Source: Chrysomallon squamiferum
Lineage: Eukaryota > Animalia > Mollusca
Direction: 5' to 3'
DNA: 64,000 nucleotides
Assembly (NCBI GenBank): GCA_012295275.1
Contig: CM022674.1
Coordinates: 5,332,001-5,396,000, forward strand
In this document: positions 14,261 through 28,485 of the stretch, piece by piece
How the letters are laid out: the number at the start of each line of letters is the position of its first letter
How positions within the stretch are numbered: position 1 is the first letter of the stretch
The notes under the pieces: model-generated
Seen by the model: only the letters and a program-made list of their open reading frames with translations
The model's database searches: none
What the model was told of the DNA's origin: nothing
Position numbers and translations under genes: made by a program

Positions 14261-14853
14261 GAAATATAATTTATATAAATAAACCTAAATTGAAATTACA
14301 TTTGAAATATAATTTATATAAATAAACCTAAACGTTATCAGTTCCATTATTTCATGCAGACAAAGACACTGAATAAACAGAAATATGAATGTTTCTGAAA
14401 CTATGAGGGAAACAATTCAATTTAATTTAAAGATACAAACTAATCAAATTGACTGTTTTCGCCAGTGTTTTAGCAAAAATTCAACTTTGGTGTCACTTTC
14501 TTTGCAACAAACTTTATTACTGCTAATAAAAAATATCAAAGTATAATCCAAGTTCTACCAGCTTCTCCTCTAGGACGGGAATGAAAGTTTTCAAATGGAA
14601 GCTAATAAAATACAACCAGTCCCACCCTCACATCTCATAATTACATTTCTTTAATAGTGTCAACCCTTTCCTTAAATTCAAGTTATTTAAAAATCTTTAG
14701 AGATACATATCTTAGTCGGTATATAGTATATTTATGTGTCTGTGTGTGTGCGTTTGAACATAAGTATGAATCAACAGATAGACGCGCAAATATTTTTACA
14801 CGTGTAATATCTGATGCACATCATAAATGTAACAAATGTACCATTTTATCAAT

Positions 14854-15868
14854 CTTGAACATTGAACCTTGAAAAAAATTAACGTGCAAATCAGAGCACG
14901 CTGTTTTGAAGCACGTCTACGACGGGCACGTTTTCTGAGAGGTCAGCAGGAGTGTCTGTCTTAGAAAAGAGTTTTGGGTAAGGAAAGAGAGTGAGTTCTC
15001 GTTACGATTGCAGGACACAAGGGAGTGTCCAGCATATCGGATCGTAATGAGTCGGTTTCGATGTTTCGTTGATGTTTTCCGCTCCTTGTTGTTTCCGGCA
15101 CTTGTCTGGCTCGTTGAATGTCTCGTATTCGTCACCGGGTCCGTGTTGGTTGCGTCCTGTTTCTTTGTTCTGTTCTCGGCTGCTGTTGATGTTTCCTTCT
15201 TCTTTCTGGCTGCTTCCCTCTGGTCCAAGAATTCCTAACGTTTTTTCTATTTTATTGCCAAAGGTCTTTTTATTGTATTAAAAGATGCTATAAACACCTG
15301 AAACTAAAAAGAATAAGAACATCAACGTAGATAACGTATTTACATTTATTATGTACATTTTTAAAATTCCGATAACCGGGTTAGTATAGCGTGGGAGTAA
15401 TTACGTATATTTTTGTTTTTAATTTTAATTTTTTTAATTATCCAAATTGATCCGCCAATCAGTCCATCAATCCATAGATCAATCAGCCTGTAAGTCAATA
15501 AATTCATTCAACTGTTGTTTGTTTTTCTGTAAAATAAAAAATTCAAACTTTCAGATCCAAGAGTCAAGTTTTTGTTTTGTGTTCAGAATGTACGTTGCTA
15601 CTGCATCGAGGACTAACTCTCTGTCTTTCGTGTTTGGTGCCAAGATGTTTTGGAGCGTGAACTCGATTTTTGGATCCTCCAATGTGTTGCATAGTGCTTG
15701 TCTTTTATTGGCGAAATTTTGACAGTGAAACAAGTAGTATTTCATGGTTTCGGAGAGTCCACAGCTGCAGTTGGGTCATGTGGTGTTGTGATATTTGTAT
15801 CAGATTGCATATAAGTCGGTCGAGTAAGCAATACTGACTTTCGTGAGATTGTTGTTATGTGGTTTGTT
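14854..15868 (-). mobile_element. LINE 3' fragment (shorter duplicate of the 19394-20918 insertion)
   Basis: CSCGLSETMKYYLFHC zinc-knuckle remnant, same 3' UTR and same insertion site after CATTTTATCAAT. Confidence 0.8.
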
Positions 15869-16249
15869 TTCATAAATTCTCTATTTGTATTTATATAGCG
15901 TACCTTAAATGACCAAGATTTAAGTGTAAATAAAATTCAGTTCAAGCTGAGTATTGGTTTAATAACACAAATTAGCATTCTTAATTCATAATCCTGTCAG
16001 AAACTTAATTAAAAATCCAGTAATCTCACTCTTCAATTCTCACTGTCACGTGCCAGTCTCGTGCCTGAGTGTTGTTATAACAACACGCTACTCAGTGTCT
16101 ACAGATTGTCACGTGATTTAAACATCTCCTAATTAAAACAGTCAACTTTTGACACGTCTGTAATTTATAAAACGCAACAGTCGTTGAAATATGTCATCAT
16201 TCTTCTTCAAGTTATCACATCGTTCACTTCTAAATATCTACACTTTGTC

Positions 16250-17903
16250 ATGGAAAGCTGGACTTCAAGAGCGTGTTTGTTAGACGGCGATGTTTTGAGT
16301 AACGACTTCGAATGTGGAACTCAAAATGACATTGACAATGGTACTTATTTTTTAAGTGAAATGTATACTTTCATTTGTTCTTATATTCTTGATTTCTTGA
16401 TTTCTTTCTTTTTTCTTTCTTTCTTTCATTTCTCCAATCTAGATATATTAATGTTCGCAAATATATTAATAATTTAAAAAATGAGGTATTCAATTTTCTG
16501 TAACGTTCATTTTATTCAATTTATTTTACAGATTCCAGTTCGGGATACGAATCTGACGATTCTGGTTGTTGTATCGGTGTCAATCACTCTAACCCCGCCT
16601 GCCAACCATCTAGTGCTTCAGGGGAGATAATGATGTTTAGCAACACGAACGGACTGTGTGACAGTCTGAAGTACGTCATCACGATGTCTGAACTGTGTGA
16701 CGTCATGTTCCTGGTGGGCAAAGAACGAGTTCCCGTTTATGGAGTGAAAGCTATCATGGCTACGCGTAGCAGGTAAAATTCTATCTTTTAATTTTCAGTG
16801 AAATTTTTAATTTTTTGTTTTTCATTAATTTTCTCTTTGAAAAGAACGAAACTAGGACTCGGGGAGAGAAATAAATATATTTCTCATCAGTGATCGAATT
16901 TAGATAAAAAAAACTAACACTAAGAAAAATATGTAAAATGTCATTTCTGAAAGTTACTAGTAATGTGCTTAATAGTTTCTGTGTGTTATTAGTTAATGTG
17001 TTAAAATATAAGTTAATTTATAAAAAAAAATTCTTATTATTTGTTTGTTTACTTTAAAACAGAGTTTTCTATCAGCTGATACTGTATCACCAGCGCAAAT
17101 CTACTGAAGAACTATCAAAGAAAAAGTCAAAATCCAAACATCAAAGCAGTCACCTGACCATTCCAATCCCAGATTACGACATCGTCGTCTTCCGCAGCTT
17201 GGTCACGTTTCTGCACTGTGGAAAGGTGAAAGTGGACGTCAAAGTTGTTGTTGGTAAGTACAAAAATGATGTAACAATAATAATAATAATAATAATTGTA
17301 ATAATTGTAACAATTCATATGATGATTCTTGATTAATTAAAAGTTCAGACAAGTCAAAATTAATTTGTTAATATTTTGTTAATATTTCGCATAAATAAAT
17401 ATTAATTAGTCAACTTTTTGTAACATTTCATATAAATGAATATTAAGTTGTTAAGTCATTGCTTTATTTCTGATAAATGAATATTAATTATTTTTAACGT
17501 ATTTCAGGTGTCTTGTGTGCTGCTTCAGAGTATGAACTGAAAGATCTGAGCAAAGCATGCTGGGATTTTGCTCGTCGTTTAAAGAGCAAAAGTCAGATTG
17601 CCGACTTGCTGACGTCATGTTCTAAATTTAGTAAAAAAAGAAAGCAGCCCAGAAATTGATTATAGAGGTGTGTATGTTACAGATATTCAAATATCTGTCG
17701 AACAGAGATAATTATTATTATTCCTTCTCCTTTTTCTCTTTTTAATCATCATTTTGAGTCCATGCCTTATAATTACTGATGAAAGTAACGATAAAATATA
17801 ATTAATTGAATTTATGAAAACATTTTGTTGACTGAAATTTAAAAACAAAAAATTAAACCATTTCTTTAATCTTTCTATTCAGATTTCTAGAAGTGATCAC
17901 TGA
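16250..17903 (+). pseudogene. BTB/POZ protein copy 5 with +2 frameshift in exon 4 (C-terminally altered copy, pseudogene or homopolymer error)
   Basis: A-run at 17633-17639 is A7 versus A5 in other copies, giving ...SKKRKQPRN* (TGA 17657-17659); the rest of the gene is intact. Confidence 0.7.
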
Positions 17904-19393
17904 AAAGGATTATTTTTATCCTCTGAGAACCGATCACGTGACCGCCTGAGGTCACCGTATCACGTCACAAACACGTGGGAGCTCTTCTAACTCGAGTCAT
18001 AGTGAACGTCAAGACAGAAACGTGAAGAAAAATAAGAAGCGAAAACGAAACGTGCTGTCAAGACGCGTCTTCGTGAGACGAAAGAGAAGTTGACGTGAAT
18101 GAGAAGTGGAAAGATAAGGAATGAAGAAATACATGTAATTGTGTGTCACAGAGAGTTCGTGAAAGCGAAACTATTGCATTAAATGAAGAATGTGCGCGCA
18201 TTTACAGAAAGTTCTGTTTATTGCAATAAATATTATTCATTCAAAGTGCATCAATCAGTATGACGTGTAATATACTGGTCTTGTTCAAATGCTTGTTTTC
18301 AATAAAGATTTTAAATAAAAAATGTTTTTGTTTTCTTCTTTGTTAAGAGTTTTGATTATCAATAATAAACGGATGATGCTCATGATGAGTTATAAAGTGG
18401 GAAACTTTAATTCCTTCTTTTAACATCTCGTATCTAATCTTCAGACCGACGGTATACATTTGCTTTTAAAATGTGCATTTCAAAAGTAATTTGATTGTTG
18501 TATTGAATGCAGTTACAGTGCTCATCTAAGCTAAAATATATTGATTTATTCACTGAAAGTAGAAGACTGGTTGTACTATAAATTATCAGTTGTCAAACAT
18601 TATTTTAAATGTCTTTCGCTCATGAACCAAGCTTTTATATATGTAAATATATGAACGTTTTTGTTCGTGTGTGTGTGTGTGCGTGAGTATATTTGAGTGC
18701 ACATTTCAATATTATTACGACAATTAAAAGAAACAATAGGTTTTATTGCAACACCTGTTTATTAAATACATTTAGTAAGAGATACATAAAACACTTACAC
18801 TCAGAATAACCTATCCACTGATGACACCAAAAAATAAAATTTCATTGTTTTTTAATATGGACTTTCTTGTTTGTATATCATTATTTAAGTTTCTTCCGTA
18901 AATGTAATTTTAAGTGTGAAAATGAACATTTAAAGCACAGAGACGGAAATAAACAATTTAATCTAAAAAAACAAACTAATCAAACTGACTGTTTTCGCCA
19001 GTGTTTTAATAAAATTCAAACTTTGATGTCACAGTCTACGTAATAAACCTTATTACTGCTAACAAAAAATACCAAAGTATAATCCAAGTTCTACAAACTT
19101 CTCTAGGACGGGAAGGAAAGTTTTCAAATGGAAGCTATTAAAATACAACTTGCCCCACCCTTACGTCTCATAATTACATTTCTTTAATAGTGTCAACCCT
19201 TTCCTTAAATTCAAGTTATTTAAAAATCTTTAGAGATACATATCTTAGTCGGTATATAGTATATTTATATTGCTGTGTCTGTGTGTGTGCGTTTGAACAT
19301 AAGTATGAATCTATAGATAAACAGGTGTATGTGTTTACACTTATAAATATCTGATGTACGTCATAAATGTAACAAATGTACCATTTTATCAAT

Positions 19394-20918
19394 CTTGAAC
19401 ATTGAACCTTGAAAAAAATTAACGTGCTAATCAGAGCAAGGTGTTGTGAAGCACGTCTACGACGGGCACATTTTCTGACAGGTCAGCGGGCGTGTCCGCC
19501 GCAGAAAAAATTTTGGGTAAGGAAAGAGAAAGTGGGTTCTCGTTACGATTGCAGGACACAAGGGAGTGTCCAGCATATCGGATCGTAACGAGTCGGTTCC
19601 GATGTTTCGTACACGTTATCCGCTCCTTGTTGTTTCAGGTACTTGTCTGGGTGGTTGAAGCTCTCCTAGTCATCACCGGGTCCGAGTTGGTTGCGTCCTG
19701 TTTGTCTGTTTGTTGTCTTCTCGCCTGCTGCTGATATTTCTTTGTTCTGTTTGGCTGCTTTCTTCTGGTCCAACAATTCCAACTTTTTTTCTTTTCTTTA
19801 TTTATTTTTTTTTTTTTTGCCAATGGTCTTTTTATTGATTAAAAGGATGCTGTGAAGACCTGTAAGTCAAAAGAATAACATGAGTGTAGTTAACTTATTT
19901 ACATTTTATTTTATTTTATTTTTCTATTTTAATTTAAATGATGTTATAAATATTTGCAGCTAGGAATAAGAACATGAACTTATTTACATTTATTATGTAC
20001 AAGAGAAAGAAAAAAAACAAAAACAAAAAAAAACAGGTTAGTATGGTCTGAAAGTATGTGCGTATAGTACGTATAGTTTTGTTTCTAATTCTTAATTTAA
20101 TTGGCCGCTCAAATTGATCCGTCAATCAGCCGTTCCATCCGTAGATCCATCGGCTGTTCAACCAACCAATCTGTAAGTCAATAAATTCATATAATTGTTG
20201 GTTGTTTTTGTGTAAAAAAAACAAAAAAACAACTAGAGTTTGTGCTTTGTGTTAAGAATATATGTTCTTACTGCAGCGAGGATTAACTCTCTGACTTTCG
20301 AGTTTGGTGCCAAGATGTGTTGGAGCGTGAACTCGATTTTTAGTTCATCCAGTGTATTGCGTAGTGCTTGTCTTTCCTTGGCGAAATTTTGACAGTGAAA
20401 CAAGTAGTGTTTAATGGTTTCGGTGAGACCACAGCTGCAGTTGGGTGATGTGGTGTGGTATTGGTATCGGATTGCATTTAAGTTGGTCGAGTAACCAATT
20501 CTGGCTTTGGTGAGGTTGTTGTTGTGTAGTTTGTTGGCGAGTGTGATTTTGCATGTTTTGGTGAGCGGTTTGATGTTCAAATGCCATTTGTTTTTGGTGT
20601 TGTTCCATTCGTTTTGTCATTGTTTGTCGTAATGTTTGGCTGCGATGGAAACAATTTCCTTTATTCCGTAGTGTATGTGTGGGCAGATGTCTTCGTCTTT
20701 AATGCACAACAACACACAGTCATCTTCTCAGACAGCCTAAGTTCCGTCATCTCAATACAATCTGGACATTCCAGCAGACCAGACCTACTCAGCAGAATAC
20801 AACATCTACACGAGGACATACAACACAACAAGAAACAACTAAACATTAAGTCGCTCCCAGCAAACGTCAGCATCATCGGCAACGAGCTTGCCGACAACTA
20901 CGCCAAAGAGTCACTCAG
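19394..20918 (-). mobile_element. 5'-truncated, 5'-inverted RNase H-containing LINE (I-group-like)
   Basis: Minus strand 20233-20700: QNEWN...RIGY...CSCGLTETIKHYLFHC (ORF2 C-terminal CCHC). Plus strand ~20703-20918: IFSDSLS...IKSLPANVSIIGNELADNYAK (RNase H). 12-bp TSD CATTTTATCAAT at 19382-19393 and 20919-20930. Short (GTTCAA)-type repeats at the 3' tail. Confidence 0.88.
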
Positions 20919-21302
20919 CATTTTATCAATTCTGTATTTGTATTTATATACTGTATCTTAACTGCCACAGATTTATCTGTAAATAAAGTTCAGTTGAACC
21001 TGAGTATTGGTTTAATATCATCAATTAGCATTTTAAATTGATAATCCTGTTAGAACCTTAATTAATAATTCAGTAATCTCACTCTTCAATTCTCACTGTC
21101 ACCTGCCAGTCGCGTGCCTGACTGTTGTTATGACAACAGGTTACTCAGTGTCTACAGATTGTCACGTGATTAAAATATCTCCTAATTAAGGCAGTTAACT
21201 TATGACACGTCTGTAATATATAAAAAGCGACAGTCGTTGAAATATGTCATCATTCTTCTTCAAGTTATCACATCGTTCACTTCTAAATATCTACACTTTG
21301 TC

Positions 21303-22328
21303 ATGGAAAGCTGGACTTCAAGAGCGTGTTTGTTAGACGGCGATGTTTTGAATAACGACTTCGAATGTGGAACTGAAAATGACATTGCTAACGGTACTTA
21401 TTCTTTAAGTAATATGTATACTTTAATTTTTTTTTGTCAGTTGTTAATTTGTTTTCTTATTTTTCTTCTCTGTCTATGAACCTTAATGTTCGCTGTTTAT
21501 TAATTCAGAAAAATATGTATTCATTTCTATGTAACGTTCATCTTATTCAATTTATTTTACAGATTCCAGTTCGGGATACGAATCTGACGATTCTGGTTGT
21601 TGTATCGGTGTCAATCACTCTAACCTCGCCTGCAAACCATCTAGTGCTTCAGGGGAGATAATGATGTTTAGCAACACGAACGGACTGTGTGACAGTCTGA
21701 AGTACGTCATCACGATGTCTGAACTGTGTGACGTCATGTTCCTGGTGGGCAAAGAACGAGTTCCCGTTTATGGAGTGAAAGCTATCATGGCTACGCGTAG
21801 CAGGTAAAATTCTATTTTTGAATTTTCAGTCAAATTTTTAAATCTTTTGTTTTTCATTAATTTTATCTTTAAAAAGAACTAAACTTGGACACTGAGAGTT
21901 AAAAAAATGTGTGTATTTCTCACCACTGATCGAGTTTAGAAGAAAATGCTAAATTAAAACAAAATAAATAAGTAAATAAATAAATAAAATGTTAAACGTC
22001 ATCTGTATAAGTTACTTATAAAGTGCTTAATAGTTAGTGTGTGTTGTTAGTTATTCTGTTAAAATATAAGTTAATTTATAAGATTCTTTTCTCATTGTTT
22101 GTTTGTTTATTTTGAAACAGAGTTTTCTATCAGCTGATACTGTATCATCAGCGCAAATCTACTGAAGAACTGTCAAGGAAAAAGTCAAAATCCAAACATC
22201 AAAGCAGTCACCTGACCATTCCAATCCCAGATTACGACATCGACGTCTTCCGCAGCTTGGTCACGTTTCTGCACTGTGGAAAGGTGAAGGTGGACGTCAA
22301 AGTTGTTGTTGGTAAGTAAAAAAATTAT

Positions 22329-22360
<32 letters not shown>

Positions 22361-22955
22361 TGTAATACTTGTAAATTTTCATGTAATGATTCTTAACTAA
22401 TTAATAGTTCAGCAGACAAATGATGATTAATTTGTTAATATTTTGTTAATATTTCACATAGATAATTATTAATTAGTTAATAATATTTCATATGAATGAA
22501 TATTAAGTTGTTAACTGATTGCTTTCTTTCAGATAAATGAATATTAATTATTTTTAATCTGTTCCAGGTCTCTTGTGTGCTGCTTCGGAGTATGAACTGA
22601 AAGATCTGAGCAAAGCATGCTGGGATTTTGCTCGTCGTTTAAAGAGCAAAAGTCAGATTACCGACTTGCTGACGTCATGTTCTAAATATAGCAAAAAGAA
22701 AGCAGCCCAGAAATTGATTATGGAGGTGTGTATGTTACAGATATTCAAATATCTATCAAACATAGATAATTATTATTATTCCTTTTCGTTTTTCTCTTTT
22801 TAATCATCTTTTTGAGTCCATGCCTTATAATTACTGATTAAAGTAACGATAAAACTAATTGAATTAATGAAAACGTTTTGTTCACTAAAATTTAAAACAA
22901 AAAAATAAATAATTTATTTTATCTTTCTATTCAGATTTCTAGAAGTGATCACTGA
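21303..22955 (+). CDS. BTB/POZ protein copy 6 (5 exons, intact)
   Basis: Same exon structure; ATG 21303, TGA 22953-22955. Confidence 0.9.
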
Positions 22956-24456
22956 AAAGGATTATTTTTATACTCTGACAACCGATCACATGACCGCCTG
23001 AGGTCACCGGATGACGTAGAAAACACGTGGGAGTCCTTCAGACTCGAGTCATACTGAACGTCAAGACAGAAACGTGAAGAAAAATAAGAAGCGAAAACGA
23101 AACGTGCTGTCAAGACGCGTCTTCGTGAGACGAAAGAGGAGTTGACGTGAATGAGAAGTGGAAAGATAAGGAATGAAGAAATACATGTAATTCTGTGTGT
23201 AACAGAGAGTTCGTGAAAGTGAAACTGTTGCATTAAATGAAGAATGTGCGCGCATTTACAGAAAGTTCTGTTTATTGCAGGAAATATTATCATTCGACGT
23301 GCATCAATCAGTATTACTGGTAATATACTAGTCTTGTTTAAATGCTAGTTTTTAATAAAGATTTTAAATAATAAAAATGAATTTGTGTTCTTCTTCGTTA
23401 TCGTAAGAGTTATGATTATCAGTAATAAACGGATGATGCCCATGATGAGTTATAAAGTGGGAAACTTGAATTGGTTCTTTTAACATCTCGTATCCAATCT
23501 TCAGACCGACGGTATATCCTTGCTTTTGCAAACTGCATTTCAAAATGAATTTGATTGTTGTATTCAATACAGTTACAGTGCTTATCTAAGCTAAAACATA
23601 TTAATTTGTTCATTGAAAGTAGAAGACAGGTTATAGTATAAATTATCAGTTGTTAAACATTATTTTCAATGTCTTTCGCTCATGAACCAAGCTTTTATAT
23701 AACTTAATATATGAATGTTTTTGTTGTGTGTATGTGTGTGTGCGTGAGTATATTTGAGTGCACATTTCAATATTATTACAACAATTAAAAGAAACAATAG
23801 GTTTTATTGCAACACCACTTTATTAAATACATTTAGTAAGAGATAAATAAAATACTTACAATCAGAATAACCTATCCACTAATGACACCAAAAAATAAAA
23901 TTTCATAGTTTTTTTAATAACGACTTTCTAGTTTGTATATCATTATTTAAGTTTCTTCCGTAAATGTAATTTTAAGTGTGTACATTTAAAGCACAGAGAC
24001 GGAAATAAACAATTTAATCTAAAAAAAAAGAAACCTAATCAAACTGACTGTTTTCGCCAGTGTTTTAATAAAATTCAAACTTTGATGTCACTGTCTACGT
24101 GATAAACCTTATTACTGCCAACAAAAAATATCAAAGTATAATCCAAGTTCTACCAGCTTCTTTTCTAGGACGGGAAGGAAAGTTTTCAAATGGAATCTAA
24201 TAAAATACAACTTGCCCCACCCTAACGTCTCATAATTACATTTCTTTAATTGTGTCAACCCTTTCCTTAAATTCAAGTTATTTAAAAAAACTTTAGAGAT
24301 ACATATCTTAGTCGGTATATAGTATATTTATATTGCTGTGTCTGTGTGTGTGCGTTTGAACATAAGTATGAATCTATAGATAAACAGGTGTATGTGTTTA
24401 CACTTATAAATATCTGATGTACGTCATAAATGTAACAAATGTACCATTTTATCAAT

Positions 24457-25791
24457 CTTGAACTTTGAACCTTGAAAAAAAAATAACGTGCTAAAATCAG
24501 AGCAAGCTGTTGTGAAGCACTCTACGACGGGCACGTTTTCTGAGAGGTCAGCGGGTGTGTCTGTCGCAGAAAAGAGTTGTGGGTAAGGAAAGAGAGTGGT
24601 TTGTCGTTACGATTGCAGGACACAAGTGAGTGTCCAGCATGTCGGATCGTAATGAACTGGTTGAGATGTTTCGTTGATGTTTTCCGCTCGTTGTTGTTTC
24701 CGGCACTTGTCTTGCTCGTTGAATGTCTCGTATTCGTCATACTCTCCGTGTTGGTTGCGTCCTGTTTGTTTGTTCTGTTGAACATTGAACCTTGAACCTT
24801 GAAAAAAAAATAACGTGCTAATCAGAGCAAGCTGTTGTGAAGCACGTCTACGACGGGCACGTTTTCTGAGAGGTCAGCGGGTGTGTCTGTCGCAGAAAAG
24901 AGTTGTGGGTAAGGAAAGAGAGTGGCTTGTCGTTACGATTGCAGGATCGTAACGAATCGGTTGCGATGTTTCGTTGATGTTTTCCGCTCGTTGTTGTTTC
25001 CGGCACTTGTCTTGCTCGTTGAATGTCTCGTATTCGTCACCGGGTCCGTGTTGGTTGCGTCCTGTTTGTTTGTTCTGTTCTCGGCTGCTATTGATGTTTC
25101 CTCCTTCTTTCTGGCTGCTTCCCTCTGGACCAACAATTCCTAACTTTTTTTCTGTTTTATTGCCAATGGTCTTTTTATTGATTTAAAAGATACTATAGAC
25201 ATCTACAACTAAAAAGAATAACAAAATTAACGTAGTTAACGTATTTACATTTATTATTTACATTTTTAAAATTCCGATAACCAGGTTAGTATTGTCTGAA
25301 AGTAATTATGTATATATATTTTATTTATTTATTTATTTATTATTTTTATTATTATTAATTTAATTGGCTTTTCAGATTGATCCGTCAATCAGTCGATCCA
25401 TCCATGGATCAATCAGCTCCTCAACCAATCAGGCTGTAAGTGAATAAGTTAATTGAATTGTTGTTTGTTTTTGTGTTAAAAAAAGAAATTCAAACTTTCA
25501 ACTCCAAGAGTCTAAAGTTTGTGTTTTGTGTTCAGAATGTATGTTGTTAATGCAACGAGGACTAATCTCTATCTTTCGTGTTTGGTGCCAAGATGTTTTG
25601 GAGCGTCAAGTCAATTTTTAGTTCCTCCAGTGTGCGAAATTTTGACAGTGAAACAAGTAGTGTTTCATGGTATCGGAGAGTCCACAGCTGCATTTGGGTG
25701 ATGTGGTGTTCTGATATTTGTATCGGATTGCATTTAAGTTGGTCGAGTAACCAATTCTGACTTCGGTCAGATTGTTGTTGTGGAGTTTGTT
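24457..25791 (-). mobile_element. LINE 3' fragment with ~320-bp tandem duplication of its 3' end
   Basis: Homologous to 14854-15868; segment 24457-24777 is repeated from 24778. Confidence 0.8.
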
Positions 25792-26161
25792 TTCATCAAT
25801 TCTGTATTTGAATTTCTATAGCGTACCTTAAATGCCCCAGATCTAAGTGTAAATAAAGTTCAGTTGAACCTCAGTATTGGTTTAATAACATCAATTAGCG
25901 TTCTTAATTCATAATCCTGTTAGAACCTTAATTAATAATCCAGTAATCTCACTCTTCAATTCTCATTGTCATGTGTCAGTCTCGTGCCTGAGTGTTGTTA
26001 TAACAACACGTTACTCAATGTCACGTGATTTAAACATCTCGTAATTAAAATAGTTAACTTATGACACGTCTGTAATTTATAAAACGCAATAGTCGTTGAA
26101 ATATGTCATCATTCTTCTTCAAGTTATCACATCGTTAACTTCTAAATATCTACACTTTGTC

Positions 26162-27805
26162 ATGGAAAGCTGGACTTCAAGAGCGTGTTTGTTAGACGGC
26201 GATGTTTTGAGTAACGATTTCGAATGTGGAACTGAAAATGACATTGCTAACGGTACGTATTCTTTAAGTAAAGAGAATACTTTCGATTTTTTTTCTATAT
26301 AGTGAATTTTATGGGGTTTTTTTTGTGTTTTTATTTAATGTTCCCTGTTTAATAATGAAAACAAAAAATGTATTCATTTCTATGCAACGTTCATCTTATT
26401 CAATTTATTTTACAGATTCCAGCTCGGGATACGAATCTGACGATTCTGGTTGTTGTATCGGTGTCAATCACTCTAACCCCGCCTGCCAACCATCTAGTGC
26501 TTCAGGGGAGATAATGATGTTTAGCAACACGAACGGACTGTGTGACAGTCTGAAGTACGTCATCACGATGTCTGAACTGTGTGACGTCATGTTCCTGGTG
26601 GGCAAAGAACGAGTTCCCGTTTATGGAGTGAAAGCAATCATGGCCACACGAAGCAGGTAAAATTTCCTTTTCTATTTTCAGTTAAATTAAAAAAAAAATT
26701 CTCAGTAAAATTTAAATCTTTGTTTACCTTTAATGAGAACTAACTAAAGTAGTACTCGGGGAGAAAAATAAATATATATATTTATCATTAGTGATCGAAT
26801 TTAGAAAAAAACAAACAATATAAAAACAAAAAAACAAAAAAATCAAATGTTAAACGTCAACTTTGGTAGTAATGTGCTTAATAGTTAGTGTGTGTTGTTA
26901 GTTAATGTGTTAAAATATATGTTAATTTATAAGATTCGTTTCTTATTATTTGTTTGTGTATTTTAAATAGAGTTTTCTATCAGCTGATATTGTATCACCA
27001 GCGCAAATATACTGAAGAACGATCAAGGAAAAAGTCAAAATCCAAACATCAAAGCAGTCACCTGACCATTCCAATCCCAGATTACGACATCGACGTCTTC
27101 CGCAGTTTGGTCACGTTTCTGCACTGTGGAAAGGTGAAAGTGGACGTCAAAGTTGTAGTTGGTAAGTACAAAAATTATGTAATAATAATAATAATAATAA
27201 TTGTAACATTTCATATAATGAATCTTGATTAGTTAAAATTTCACAAGGGAAATGAAAATTACGTTGTTAATTTGTTATTAATACTAAACGTAAACGAATA
27301 TTAATAAATTAACTCTTTGTAATATTTCATATAAATGAATATTATGTTGTTAACTGATTGCTTTGTTTGAGATAAATGAATGAATATTAATTATTTTTAA
27401 TCTGTTCCAGGTCTTTTTGTGTGCTGCTTCAGAGTATGAACTGAAAGATCTGAGCAAAGCATGCTGGGATTTTGCTCGTCGTTTAAAGAGCAAAAGTCAG
27501 ATTGCCGACTTGCTGACGTCATGTTCTAAATATAGTAAAAAGAAAGCAGCCCAGAAATTGATTATAGAGGTGTGTATGTTACAGATATTCAAATATCTAT
27601 TGAACACAGATAATACTTTTTATTTCTTTTCATTTCTCTCTTTTTAATCACCTTATTCAATCGATGTAATTTAATTGCTGATAAAACAACGGTAAAACAT
27701 AATAAATTGATTTTATCAAAACGATTTGTTCACTGAAATTTAAAAACAAAACATTAACTGTTTTCTTTTAATCTTTCTATTCAGATTTCTAGAAGTGGTC
27801 ACTGA
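26162..27805 (+). pseudogene. BTB/POZ protein copy 7 with +1 frameshift at the start of exon 4
   Basis: Exon 4 begins GTCTTTTTGTG (27411) versus GTCTCTTGTG in other copies, giving GLFVCCFRV* (TGA 27437-27439); exon 3 is the normal 191 nt so there is no compensation; also carries distinct residues (RKYTEERSRKK). Confidence 0.7.
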
Positions 27806-28408
27806 AAAGGATCATTTTTATCCTCTGAGAACCGATCACATGACCGCCAGAGGTCACCGTATCACATGACAAACACGTCGGAGCTCTTCTGACTCGAGTC
27901 ATACTGAACGTCAAGACAGAAACGTGAAGAAAAATAAGAAGCGAAAACGAAACGTGCTGTCAAGACGCGTCTTCGTGAGACGAAAGAGGAGTTGACGTGA
28001 ATGAGAAGTGGAAAGATAAGGAATGAAGAAATACATGTAATTCTGTGTGCAACAGAGAGTTCGTGAAAGCGAAACTGTTGCATTAAATGAAGAATGTGCG
28101 CGCATTTACAGAAAGTTCTGTTTGTTGCAGGAAGTATTATTCATTCAAAGTGCATCAATCAGTATGATGTGTAATATACTTGTTCAAATGCTTGTTTTTA
28201 ATAAAGATTTTAAAGACAAAAATTATTTGTTTTCTTCTTCAATATTTTAAGTGTTTTCATTATCAATAACAAACTGATCATGCCGATATTATTTTCTGTT
28301 TGTCAAATTCAACATGGAGCTGTACAGGGTTGAGAAAAGACCAAAGGCTGCTCAATTTTATTTTGAAAAAACTGAATCCATTTTAATGTCAGAATCTCTC
28401 TCTCTGTC

Positions 28409-28485
<77 letters not shown>

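Noticed and set aside
19430-19780. Hammerhead ribozyme or tRNA-derived SINE in the GC-rich segment
   Set aside because: No CUGANGA/GAAA core with proper stems and no A/B boxes; explained as LINE 3' UTR inside the TSD
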